Both the position numbers and the translations under genes were made by a program. The notes under the pieces were generated by a model that saw nothing but the letters and a program-made list of their open reading frames with translations, was not told the origin of the DNA and did no database searches. From the NCBI GenBank assembly GCA_938083505.1, contig CALKCF010000002.1, positions 64,001 to 128,000 on the forward strand: a stretch of DNA of 64,000 bases. The letters run 5' to 3'. The number at the start of each line of letters is the position of its first letter. Within the stretch, counting starts at the first letter, position 1. Shown one piece after another: positions 29,379 through 38,788 of the stretch. This stretch comes from an uncultured archaeon (GTDB taxonomy: Archaea; Thermoproteota; Nitrososphaeria_A; Caldarchaeales; Wolframiiraptoraceae).

Positions 29379-30269
29379 CTAATATACCAGCTTCTTTATA
29401 TCAACCACCTTCAGAAGTACGTAAAGCACAAGCAGAGCTATCACTACCAAAATTGTCGAAAGCGCGGCGGCGTAAGGCCATACGAAGTTAGCGGCATAGT
29501 TGGCTACCGATAAACCAAGCGTCTGTATACCTCCTGCCCATAAGGCTGGCGTTATGTAGTCTCCCAAAGTACTTACGAAGACGAATATGAAGCCCATCAC
29601 GACACCAGGAAGCGATAGCCTAAACGTTATATCAAAGAAGACACGGTGCGGTGGAGCCTTCAATACCTTGGCCGCGTTTATTATATCGGGATCTATTCTC
29701 GTTAAAGCAAGATACGATGGGAATATCATCCAAAGCAGATAGGTTTGAGGCCAGATTATGAGTAAAGCGCTACGCCCGAATAATAGCTCCAAAGGTTCTT
29801 TAATCACACCTAATGACATTAAGCTATAGTTAACTATGCCGCTCTCCCCCAATATCGGTAGCCAAGCAACAACACGGATGCTCCAGTCAATCAAGAAAGG
29901 TACGAGCAACAAGCTGACTACGAAAAACCTTGCGCGTGTACTTTTAACCCTAAACACCAAAAAGTATGCCATAGGATAACCAAGCAAGAAAGCTATCAAA
30001 CATGCAATTAAGGACATTCCAAATGTGTTTAACAGTATTGTTGACATTTGAGGTGACGTAAAGAATGTGACGTAATTACTCAGCGTAAAGTTTTCAGGGC
30101 CCGCAAGCGTAAACCTTTCAAAGAAGCTTATGCTGACTATCATGCTAAGGGGTATCAGCAAAAAAAGCAATAACAGCACAAAGCCTGGAAGAAGCAATAG
30201 GTAGCGGGAGTACTTGGAAACCCTGTCGAGAACGCCCATCTTCAATTGAGGGATGCTCAAGTCATACAC
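29379..30269 (-). CDS. ABC permease (PotB-like)
   Basis: GYPMAY, G..N..L, AAKVLKA EAA loop, GDYITP. Confidence 0.88.
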   Translation of the reverse strand: MYDLSIPQLKMGVLDRVSKYSRYLLLLPGFVLLLLFLLIPLSMIVSISFFERFTLAGPENFTLSNYVTFFTSPQMSTILLNTFGMSLIACLIAFLLGYPMAYFLVFRVKSTRARFFVVSLLLVPFLIDWSIRVVAWLPILGESGIVNYSLMSLGVIKEPLELLFGRSALLIIWPQTYLLWMIFPSYLALTRIDPDIINAAKVLKAPPHRVFFDITFRLSLPGVVMGFIFVFVSTLGDYITPALWAGGIQTLGLSVANYAANFVWPYAAALSTILVVIALLVLYVLLKVVDIKKLVY

Positions 30270-31397
30270 CTACTTTCCGTATATTACTTCTTCTATGTCC
30301 AATCCTTCTATCATACACGGCTTCTCTATTAACAGGGCATCTTTTGCGCTCCATCCTAGAAGGTATGTCGACCCGAGGGTAAGGTTGCCCACTTTCTCAG
30401 TGGGAACGGAGACCTTTATTTTTGCGTTACCACCCGTTTGGAATACGTACTCCATGTAGTGACCGAAGTAGTAGTAACTGACAAGCTTAGCTTCTATTTT
30501 GTTTTCATATAGTTTAGCTTCCTCTCCTATCTTTACACGTTCAGGTCTTATCGCATACGCTACCTTATCACCAGATGAGAGAGTGTTCTTATTTTTGGGA
30601 TTTGCCTTGAGTTCGCCTATATCGGTGTTAAGGTAACACAGCTCACCATCCCAGGACTTAATTTGTGCCGAGAACAGATTTATCTCGCCGACGAATCTTG
30701 CGGCGAAAACCGTGGCAGGATTGTTGTAAACTTCTTCAGGCTTTCCGATCTGTTCTATTACTCCCGTGTTCATAACCATGACAGTATCTGCAAGGCTAAG
30801 TGCATGTTCTTGGACATGGGTTGTCAAGATGAAAGTGTTACCTACTTTTCTATGAATTTCTTTAAGATCCTCCATCAACTTCCTTTGTAGCCTGTAATCT
30901 ACATGGCTGAGCGGCTCATCAAGTAGAAGAATGCTTGGATTAATGACGAGTGCCCTCGCTAGCGCAACCCTTTGCCTTTGTCCACCACTCAGCTCAAGCG
31001 GCATTCTCTTTTCGAGTCCAGCTAAACCGACTAACTTTAGAGCTTCCTTCACCTCTTTCTCTATTTCTGACTTGTTCTTTCCTAACATCCTAAGACCGAA
31101 TGCTACGTTATCGAAGACGTTCATGTGTGGGAACAGAGCGTAGGTCTCCAACATCATCGAGACATCCCGCTTGTAGGGCGGAACATTCTTCATATCCATG
31201 CCGTTTATGTAAAGCTTCCCGGAGTCGTAATCTAATATACCTGCGATAATTTTCAATAGGGTACTCTTACCACATCCGCTAGGACCGACTATGACGAAGA
31301 AGTCCCCTGAATCTATGTCAAACGTTACTTTATTGAGTGCTAAAACTTCTTTTCCGTACCACTTCACGAGGTCCCTGGTCTCTAGGGCTTTACCCAT
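30270..31397 (-). CDS. ABC ATP-binding protein (PotA-like, TOBE domain)
   Basis: GPSGCGKS, LSGGQRQRVALARAL, LLDEP, IRPE. Confidence 0.92.
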   Translation of the reverse strand: MGKALETRDLVKWYGKEVLALNKVTFDIDSGDFFVIVGPSGCGKSTLLKIIAGILDYDSGKLYINGMDMKNVPPYKRDVSMMLETYALFPHMNVFDNVAFGLRMLGKNKSEIEKEVKEALKLVGLAGLEKRMPLELSGGQRQRVALARALVINPSILLLDEPLSHVDYRLQRKLMEDLKEIHRKVGNTFILTTHVQEHALSLADTVMVMNTGVIEQIGKPEEVYNNPATVFAARFVGEINLFSAQIKSWDGELCYLNTDIGELKANPKNKNTLSSGDKVAYAIRPERVKIGEEAKLYENKIEAKLVSYYYFGHYMEYVFQTGGNAKIKVSVPTEKVGNLTLGSTYLLGWSAKDALLIEKPCMIEGLDIEEVIYGK

Positions 31398-31484
31398 GCC
31401 GGCATTACCTCTTCTATATTTTTAGGAAATATTACATTTTGACCTGCTTATATTTTTATCTTTAAATTAAACTTGCAGGGTTTT

Positions 31485-31514
31485 AGCATAAACTTTTTCG
31501 AAAAAGTTTATGCT
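31485..31514. promoter_or_regulatory. Perfect 30-bp palindrome, probable operator between divergent promoters
   Basis: AGCATAAACTTTTTC|GAAAAAGTTTATGCT. Confidence 0.65.
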
Positions 31515-31607
31515 TTATGTCCAGAAGATCTTCCCGCAATTCGTTTGCATGTACGAAAAACTTATAAAAGGAATCTTCCCTCATTCTGCCCGTCGGAGGA
31601 ACTTCTA

Positions 31608-32660
31608 ATGAGAATTTTAAGGGAGAAAGAGCTAATAGATATAGTATACGGAGCCACTTTGCTTGGAGCTGGTGGCGGTGGTTCTCCTGAGAACGGAATA
31701 CAGCTTGTCAAGAGCATATTAGAAATTAGCGGAGAGGTTCGGATGGTAAGCCCAGAGGAAGTGCCGGATTATAGCATGGTAGCGGTCGTAGCGGGTATGG
31801 GTGCTCCAGAAGTATTGCTTAAGAGGGGATGGAGAAACGAGGACATACCTGCCCTTAGATTGTTGGAGCAAGTAGTTGGTAGGAAGATGGATTACATTAT
31901 TGCAATCGAAACAGGAGGCTTTAACTCTATAACACCACTTCATGCCGCTGTAGCAAGCGGCGTTCCAGCAATCGACGGTGACGGTGTAGGAAGAGCAATA
32001 CCACAGCTTGAAATGACAATGTTCTACGTGCAAAATGTGCCATTAGCTCCTGTCACGCTAGCGGATGCCCATGGGAATTCGGCTATACTTTATCCTGTGG
32101 ATGCTCCGATGGCTGAAAAGATGGCTAGGGGGATAACCGTAGCTTTTGGTATGCAAGCCGGTATAGCATGTCATCCTATGGCAGGCTGGCAAATGAAGAA
32201 GGCAGTAATAAGCGGAACCTATACGATGGCTGAAAAGGTGGGCAGGGCTATTAGGGAGTCGAGGGACAAGGGCAAAGACCCTGTCAAGGCTGTAGTAGAA
32301 GTCACAAACGGTTTTGAAATTGCAAGGGGGAAGGTCACCAAGAAAGAGGTTGAAACCAAAGGAGGCTTCGATTACGGAAAAGTCTACGTGGGTGACATAC
32401 GCGTAGATTACAAAAATGAAAACATGATAGCTTGGAGGAGGGGAAACCCGGTAGCCATATCGCCAGACCTGATATGCTGGATGACGACAGACGGCCGGCC
32501 CCTAACCAACGCAGACATAAAAGAGGGGTTAGAGGTTGCTGTGATAGGAATAAAGGCCTATGAAAAGTGGAGGACGCCGGAGGGGCTTGCTGTATTCCGT
32601 CCTGTCCTTGCTGAGCTAGGCTATAGTGGAGAATACATACCCATAGAAAAACTCCTTTAA
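31608..32660 (+). CDS. DUF917 family protein (S-methyl thiohydantoin desulfurase-like)
   Basis: GATLLGAGGGG, MGAP, ETGGFNS, DGDGVGRAIP, NEN, PDLI; start at MRILRE behind BRE-TATA 31555-31569. Confidence 0.85.
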   Translation: MRILREKELIDIVYGATLLGAGGGGSPENGIQLVKSILEISGEVRMVSPEEVPDYSMVAVVAGMGAPEVLLKRGWRNEDIPALRLLEQVVGRKMDYIIAIETGGFNSITPLHAAVASGVPAIDGDGVGRAIPQLEMTMFYVQNVPLAPVTLADAHGNSAILYPVDAPMAEKMARGITVAFGMQAGIACHPMAGWQMKKAVISGTYTMAEKVGRAIRESRDKGKDPVKAVVEVTNGFEIARGKVTKKEVETKGGFDYGKVYVGDIRVDYKNENMIAWRRGNPVAISPDLICWMTTDGRPLTNADIKEGLEVAVIGIKAYEKWRTPEGLAVFRPVLAELGYSGEYIPIEKLL

Positions 32661-32700
32661 ACATAAAAATCTTAAATCAAACTTTTTTATTTATAAGTGC

Positions 32701-33450
32701 ATGCGGAAAGTAAGAGTGTTAGTAGTTCTTCCTATATTGAAAAATCCTGTGCTGGAGGAAGTTACGCGAAGGGAGATTGAGCAGATCCAAGACGGAACCC
32801 TTGAGGTAGACTTGGTTAGCTTAGAACAAGGACCAGCCTCGATTGAATCAGAATTTGACGATAGAATAGCATCGCCTTGGGTGTTGGAGAAGGTTAAGGA
32901 GGCCGAGGCCAACGGTTTTGACGCCGTGTTCTTGGACTGTATGGGAGACATAGCTCTGAATGCTGCAAGGGAAATCGTAAGAATACCAGTGATTGGTCCG
33001 TGCCAAGCCACGATGGCAATAGCGTCGATGCTTGGCGATAGATTCTCAATAATCACCATCCTAGAAAACGTGGTGCCGCTTTTCTGGCGAAAAGCTAGGG
33101 AATATGGTTTCATACAAAACCTCGCCTCAGTAAGGTCTGTGGAGGTGCCCGTGCTTGAGTTGGATACGAAGAGGGAGTTGGTAAAAAAGAGGCTTGCCGA
33201 GGAGTCTATGAATGCGGTAAAGGAAGATGGTGCAGAGGTTATAATTCTAGGATGCACCGGCATGGTAGGGATGGCGAGAGACGTCCAGGAGATTGTCGGC
33301 GTTCCTGTTATAGACCCAGTACCAGTATCGATAAAGCTCGCAAAACTCATGGCAGAGCTTAGACTTATTCACAGTAGCAAAGCTTATCCAAAGCCGCCAA
33401 CAAAGTTGAGGAAGTTTCCGGGAGCTTCAGAGCAGTTATTCAAAGTTTGA
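32701..33450 (+). CDS. Hydantoin/Asp/Glu racemase family protein
   Basis: GPASIES, DCMGD, ILGCTGM, VPVIDP; both catalytic Cys present. Confidence 0.88.
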   Translation: MRKVRVLVVLPILKNPVLEEVTRREIEQIQDGTLEVDLVSLEQGPASIESEFDDRIASPWVLEKVKEAEANGFDAVFLDCMGDIALNAAREIVRIPVIGPCQATMAIASMLGDRFSIITILENVVPLFWRKAREYGFIQNLASVRSVEVPVLELDTKRELVKKRLAEESMNAVKEDGAEVIILGCTGMVGMARDVQEIVGVPVIDPVPVSIKLAKLMAELRLIHSSKAYPKPPTKLRKFPGASEQLFKV

Positions 33451-33460
33451 TTCCTTAACT

Positions 33461-34189
33461 TTACTTCAACCACCCTTCATCAGCAGGCGGCGGCTCGTAT
33501 CCGTATAGCTTGCTGTGACTCGTGCCGAACTTTCTGTAAAGGTCCGCCAACATCTCAGCATATTTCCATGCAACCACCACCGGGTCCAGAACTGGGACTT
33601 TTAGCCGTAGAGTAAGTTCCTTCATGAAGCCTGACTCCGCCGTGCATCCTAGAATTATAACCTCTGCACCATCTTCCTTCACTGCCTTCTCGGCCTGCTC
33701 GATTATTGCCTCCTTTAGTTTTTCCGGCTCTTTCATCATCCTTCTCACACTAAAACCCACTTCTCTAAAGGACGCAAGTTTCTTCTCTAAACCGTAAAGC
33801 CAGACGTTTCCCTCCATCTTTGGTATCCACTTCCGCCTCCCTACTATAATGGAGAACTTATGTCCGAGGGTGGAGGCAACGTGCAAACAGGCCTCGGCCG
33901 GTGCAACGACGGGTATAGAAACTATCTCTCTGGCCTCCCTCAAGCTCGGGTCGTAAAAACATCCTATAACCGCTGCATCGAAACCATCCGACTCGGCCTT
34001 TCTTATAACTCTAAGGAGTTCATCTGCCACGAGGTGCTCATAATAGTGGTATTCCAGATGGTCCGGCCCCTTTTCGAGGTGAGTAACGAAAGGTTCAACA
34101 TCAGGCCTCTTAATATCTTTGAGTATTCTGAGCATATGTTCATCAAATGAGGGCGTTCCTACAGGATTAATCCATAAAATCTTTAGCAT
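33461..34189 (-). CDS. Hydantoin/Asp/Glu racemase family protein (second copy)
   Basis: INP, IGCFYDP, ILGCTAE, VPVLDP. Confidence 0.88.
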   Translation of the reverse strand: MLKILWINPVGTPSFDEHMLRILKDIKRPDVEPFVTHLEKGPDHLEYHYYEHLVADELLRVIRKAESDGFDAAVIGCFYDPSLREAREIVSIPVVAPAEACLHVASTLGHKFSIIVGRRKWIPKMEGNVWLYGLEKKLASFREVGFSVRRMMKEPEKLKEAIIEQAEKAVKEDGAEVIILGCTAESGFMKELTLRLKVPVLDPVVVAWKYAEMLADLYRKFGTSHSKLYGYEPPPADEGWLK

Positions 34190-34231
34190 AAAAAAAGTTT
34201 TTGTAAAAATTTATTTAAATTTTTTGGAACG

Positions 34232-35866
34232 TTACTTTGATGATTTACTGAACTCTTCTTCTCTCAAAAGCCTTCTATGAACTTTGCCCGCAGATGTCAA
34301 AGGCAACTCTCTCCTGAACTCTACTTCCCTCACCAACTTGTATGGCTCCAGCCTCTCTTTTAAGAAATTAATGAGTTCCTCTGCCGTAAGTTGAGCTCCG
34401 TCTTTCAAGACGACGAATGCCTTTGGTAGCTCACCCGCAATCGGATCAGGCTTACCAACGACCGCACAAAGCTTCACGGCTGGGTGCTCATATATGGCAT
34501 CCTCGACCTCCCTCGGGTATACTGAGTAGCCTTTGTACTTGATGACGTCTTTCTTTCTATCGACGATGTAAAAGTATCCATCTTCATCCATTTTTGCCAC
34601 ATCGCCTGTGTACAGCCAGCCGTCTCTCAGCACCTCCTTAGTCTCTTCGGGTCTCTTCCAATAACCCAACATGACCTGCGGCCCCTTTATGACGAGCTCA
34701 CCTATCTCTCCAGGAGGTAACGTCTTACTTCCGCTCTCAAGGTCGACTATCTTCGCATCCACATCGGGCCAAGGTAAACCGATGGAGCCTATCTTGACAG
34801 ACTTCGTGGTAGGATCAACAGGGTTTGTATGTGTTCCTGGCGAGCATTCAGTTAATCCATAACCTTCCACGAGTACGCCCCCAGTAATTTGGACGAATTT
34901 TTTCTGAACCTCAGGCGGAAGGGGCGATCCCCCGGATATGCAGCATCTTACTGACCTGAGATTATATGACTGCGTTTCTGGTGATGAGACTATGAGTGCG
35001 TACATCGTGGGAACGCCGCAAAAAACTGTTATGCCGTACCTCTGAATTGTTTCCAAAACAACTTTTACGTCGAATTTTTGAAGTAGGACAATGGTTCCAG
35101 CAGTATAAATTGGTGCGTTCATCGAAGTCGTCATCCCGAATATATGAGATAGTGGCAACACCGTTAGGAATACCTCTTCGGCAAGTTTGCACTTTATCCA
35201 GGTTGAGAACGCGATGGTGTTTGAGACCATGTTGAAGTGTGTTAACATGGCTCCCTTAGGTGTACCCGTTGTCCCTCCAGTATACTGGAGGCAAGCTAGG
35301 TCATCCTTTGGGTTTATCTTAACCTTTGGTGATTCTGGAGGATACTTTGCAAGCGTGGCGCCGAGGTCATAAAAATTCCCCTCCGGCAACCGGGATGGCC
35401 TGCTAAGCTCTTCACCCGTCACGAAGACCCTCTTGACAGTTGTTGATGGTGCAACCTTAAGGAAGGTAGGAAGCAAGTGCTCGTAAACAACCAACGTCTC
35501 AGCCTCCGAGTCGTTGAGCTGGAAAAGCAACGTATTTTCACGTGCCAGTGAGCTTATCGTTGTTACTACACAGCCAGCCTTGAGCACGCCGTAGTACGCT
35601 ATCAGAAACTGCGGTATGTTTGGCAGGAAAAGGGCGACTCTATCACCTTTGGCTGCGCCCATACTGACCAACGCGTTCGCAAAGCAGGACGTCAGCTTGT
35701 CTAGCTCACGGTACGTTAACTTGTACCCGCTCTCACCGGATATGACCGCGACACTTTCTGGAAAAGTCGCCGCAGAACGTTCTAGCAGACCATGGAGTGG
35801 TATCTCTGGGTACGCTATGGACCTAGGCACACCCTCAGGATAGAACTTATACCAAGGCCGCTCCAT
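34232..35866 (-). CDS. Long-chain fatty acid--CoA ligase (FadD-like)
   Basis: QYTGGTTGTPKG, EGYGLTE, GWLYTGD, DRKKD, AGK. Confidence 0.9.
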   Translation of the reverse strand: MERPWYKFYPEGVPRSIAYPEIPLHGLLERSAATFPESVAVISGESGYKLTYRELDKLTSCFANALVSMGAAKGDRVALFLPNIPQFLIAYYGVLKAGCVVTTISSLARENTLLFQLNDSEAETLVVYEHLLPTFLKVAPSTTVKRVFVTGEELSRPSRLPEGNFYDLGATLAKYPPESPKVKINPKDDLACLQYTGGTTGTPKGAMLTHFNMVSNTIAFSTWIKCKLAEEVFLTVLPLSHIFGMTTSMNAPIYTAGTIVLLQKFDVKVVLETIQRYGITVFCGVPTMYALIVSSPETQSYNLRSVRCCISGGSPLPPEVQKKFVQITGGVLVEGYGLTECSPGTHTNPVDPTTKSVKIGSIGLPWPDVDAKIVDLESGSKTLPPGEIGELVIKGPQVMLGYWKRPEETKEVLRDGWLYTGDVAKMDEDGYFYIVDRKKDVIKYKGYSVYPREVEDAIYEHPAVKLCAVVGKPDPIAGELPKAFVVLKDGAQLTAEELINFLKERLEPYKLVREVEFRRELPLTSAGKVHRRLLREEEFSKSSK

Positions 35867-35933
35867 TTTTCTTTCTAAGAAAAAGTACCAGAGCGATATA
35901 TATATTAAGACGTCCTATTCATCACCCGACGGA

Positions 35934-35978
35934 ATTAGTTCAGCGCAATTGGGAAAAATTTCAACGTGTTGAACTAAT
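35934..35978. repeat. Dispersed imperfect palindromic element, copy 2
   Basis: ATTAGTTCAGCGC...GAAAAATTTC...GTGTTGAACTAAT; matches 2098-2146 inverted. Confidence 0.6.
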
Positions 35979-36016
35979 GACTCTATACACTTCATTTAGG
36001 TTTTGTCGAGTTCTAG

Positions 36017-36257
36017 TTAGTACTTGATGCTGAGATGCAACAGAACGACGAGTGCCGCAACTGTGAACAGGTCAGGCATTAGAGCAAAGGGCCAAGACTG
36101 AACGGTCTAAACCCGAAGGTCCACATTATCATGAGGTTGGAGGTAAGGGCGTATAGGAATAGGATTATCGAAAATATTATCAGTCCAATTGTGAACTCGG
36201 ACCTATTTTTCTGTATATGTCAACGTATACTAACAACAAGAATATTAGAAGAGCGTA
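36017..36257 (-). pseudogene. Frameshifted small 3-TM archaeal membrane protein
   Basis: Three frames join into YALLIFLLLVYVDIYRK/RSEFTIGLIIFSIILFLYALTSNLMIMWTFGFRPFSLGP/FALMPDLFTVAALVVLLHLSIKY*. Confidence 0.55.
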
Positions 36258-36337
36258 ACTTTGACGAAGAGGGGGATAAACGCATCTCCGAATTTTTTAT
36301 TTTTATGCTTATATAACCCTATCCATCGGTGATTGTG

Positions 36338-36396
36338 TGGGATGATGAGCAACGTCCGAGTTGATTATTTATGATACTCGACGGGCAGGCTGACCA
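36338..36396 (+). ncRNA. Box C/D methylation-guide sRNA
   Basis: C ATGATGA 36342-48, 12-nt guide, D' TTGA 36361-64, C' ATGATAC 36371-77, 12-nt guide, D CTGA 36390-93, TGG/CCA terminal stem, TATA TTATATAA upstream. Confidence 0.8.
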
Positions 36397-36438
36397 AGAT
36401 GTTTCTATAATGCCGAGTATGTCAAGAATGGGCTGGGA

Positions 36439-36542
36439 GCGGGGGTTGCCAAGCCTGGTCAACGGCGCAGGGCTCAGATTCTTTATAATGATGGGAGACC
36501 CTGTCCCGTAGGGGTTCGTGGGTTCAAATCCCACCCCCCGCA
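36439..36542 (+). tRNA. tRNA-Leu(CAG) with 19-nt intron (36479-36497)
   Basis: GCGGGGG/CCCCCGC acceptor, CAGGG/CCCTG anticodon stem, long variable arm, GTGGG-TTCAAAT-CCCAC, A73; BHB with CTCA/TGGG helix. Confidence 0.92.
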
Positions 36543-37058
36543 TAAATTTACTAATAAATTATGAATATTTGAGATGCTGTTTATTTTTATGGTGTTAGTT
36601 TGTGAAGTCAAATTAGGATAAGACGTGCACCAATTAAGGATCATACCATTTACGTTTATTTGCCTTTTTGTTTGAAATTGTTTTGTATCTTTCTTCAATG
36701 TTCTTCTTGTGAGGCTTTGCGAGTTTTAGGCTAACGTTGCTTACTGCATACTTACGTGCAGTCTACTCCACCTGGCCAGCATTATCTAGAAGATTGAGCA
36801 TCATCAAAATTTTATTCCCATAGTATCTCTATAAGCTTACCCTCCATACTAATACCAAAGAGGGAATTGAGGGCATTGATATCAGGTAGATACATAAACA
36901 TGCCTATTTGGATATTACCGCATTGGGAGATAAAAAGCGATCAAAGCTTACTTTCCATCAAAAATTTCATGAGATTGCACGTAAAAAATTTAGAGAATGA
37001 TTTTGGAGATAGGTTCAACGTTTATAAGCGTGACTGCAACACATATTTTGGTGAGGTT

Positions 37059-38168
37059 ATGCCCGTAATGGGTAGGGGTTTCTTAGCTGTAGTGTTAGTA
37101 GTGATACTTTTTTTAGTAGGAATGAATTTTTACACATATGTTATCTTCAGTCAAGAGAATCTGGAACTCAAGAATAAGCTGATGCTGAGGATAGGCGAAT
37201 ATAATAATCTTGAACAAGCCCATAACTCTCTTCAAGGTATGTATAACGAGTTGAGGCAGAATTACGAGCGGCTGGCCGAGCTTAACAAGAACCTCACGCT
37301 CCAGGTTTCCGAGGCTGAGGAGAAATATCAGAAGCTCATCAATAGTTACCACGAAGTCTTGGAGGCTAATAGAGAGCTAGCCAGGGCATTGGAGTTTATC
37401 GCGAACAAGCTAATCGTACCATGCAACTACACCTTGGCTGGTGGGCCTACATGCATTGAAAACAACACCTTCACGTTAATGAGTTTCTATGAGTTCATTA
37501 ACAGATCGATATATGCTTACGACAAAGAGATGAAGGAATACGTCTATAGTGTGACGGATGGATGGGATGGAAGTGAGGAGGATTTTCGTTCAGACCTCTA
37601 CAAGATATATGAGGCTTGGCGTAAGGACTTCAACTATATGCTTCCATCGCCAGCACAAAAGAACTTGACTTTCATCGTTGTTGGGACTTGGTGGTATCCG
37701 CCAACTAAGATGGGAGACCACTTCCTCAAGGAGGTGAAAAACTACGATGTAATGAACACGACAGTAGTGGGTGCGCCGATAAGCTTCAGATATAAGAAAG
37801 GTGTCTGCTGGGATTACGCGACCGTACTAGTTGCCCTCTACTACGCATACTACGACATCGCGGGGAGGAGTCTTCCCACCGGCTACCTTTCCATCGGCCT
37901 CTTGGACATGGACGGCCACCACGGGTGCACACTTATAAAAGAAAGCGGCGACAGAGTAGCGATAATAGACTGGGAAGTGATAACGAAGGAGGATAACAAA
38001 ATCGTCTTCATACCATTTGAGGAGGCGAAGAAACTCCATGAAGAGTATTGGAACTCTAGAATAAGCTACGATGCCGTTCAGAGGAGGACCGTCACGTCAC
38101 CATTCGTGATAAATAACTTCACATCGAACGAAGAATTCCATAAATGGTTGATCGAAGAGTTCAACTAA
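37059..38168 (+). CDS. Membrane-anchored coiled-coil protein with transglutaminase-like domain
   Basis: N-terminal TM, heptad region, KGVCWDYA...GHH...IIDW (Cys-His-Asp); GGTGAGG RBS before ATG 37059. Confidence 0.7.
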   Translation: MPVMGRGFLAVVLVVILFLVGMNFYTYVIFSQENLELKNKLMLRIGEYNNLEQAHNSLQGMYNELRQNYERLAELNKNLTLQVSEAEEKYQKLINSYHEVLEANRELARALEFIANKLIVPCNYTLAGGPTCIENNTFTLMSFYEFINRSIYAYDKEMKEYVYSVTDGWDGSEEDFRSDLYKIYEAWRKDFNYMLPSPAQKNLTFIVVGTWWYPPTKMGDHFLKEVKNYDVMNTTVVGAPISFRYKKGVCWDYATVLVALYYAYYDIAGRSLPTGYLSIGLLDMDGHHGCTLIKESGDRVAIIDWEVITKEDNKIVFIPFEEAKKLHEEYWNSRISYDAVQRRTVTSPFVINNFTSNEEFHKWLIEEFN

Positions 38169-38228
38169 TCCTGTATCAATGAAATATCAAAAATAATTTC
38201 CAAAGAAACAAGGTATTTTAAAATTATT

Positions 38229-38657
38229 TTACTTTAGCTTTTCCAAAGGAACATAAACATCCAGCTCGAATTCCGATAAGTGAACCTTCCCAGAGTCGGT
38301 CACGACCATGTGGTAAGTTGACTTTGGAGGCAGTTTTCTCTTTTTTAGGCCAGCCTCCCTCACGATGTCCTTACAAACGGGCAATCCGAGCGGACCTGGC
38401 TCTACAACTATCAGCGGCGAGTCGTAGTCGAAGAGCGACACAGGAACTTTGCTGCATCCGAACCCTTTTAGTATATTGTAGCGGTGGTGTCCATCTAAGA
38501 TCACCATGGTCTTATAGTCTACTGCTAAAGACTTCCTAAGGTAGCCGTCGCGAAGTATCTCTGCTTTCAGTTCCTCTAAATGTATAAGGTCTATCTCCTC
38601 ATGTTCAATGAGCGAATCTATCTTTACAATCTTCACATCTATGGGTCGTAGTATCAT
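38229..38657 (-). CDS. ParB/Srx N-terminal domain protein (SerK/SbnI-like)
   Basis: HEE, ILDGHHRY, LPPKSTYH. Confidence 0.78.
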   Translation of the reverse strand: MILRPIDVKIVKIDSLIEHEEIDLIHLEELKAEILRDGYLRKSLAVDYKTMVILDGHHRYNILKGFGCSKVPVSLFDYDSPLIVVEPGPLGLPVCKDIVREAGLKKRKLPPKSTYHMVVTDSGKVHLSEFELDVYVPLEKLK

Positions 38658-38788
38658 TACCTACAGGGCAAAATGCCGCTTATATTAATCTGTTTCTCTA
38701 AGAAATGTATTTGAGATACTTTATGCTTAAAAACCCAAACTGCTTGTGCTTGTGATACATAGCCAAGCAGTCGGTATGAACGGGGTGG

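Noticed and set aside
36054-36066. GCCGCAACTGTGA resembling a cobalamin riboswitch box
   Set aside because: Other riboswitch elements are absent; it is the antisense of FTVAA codons in the pseudogene
36319-36698. Two minus-strand ORFs
   Set aside because: Antisense to tRNA-Leu and the C/D sRNA
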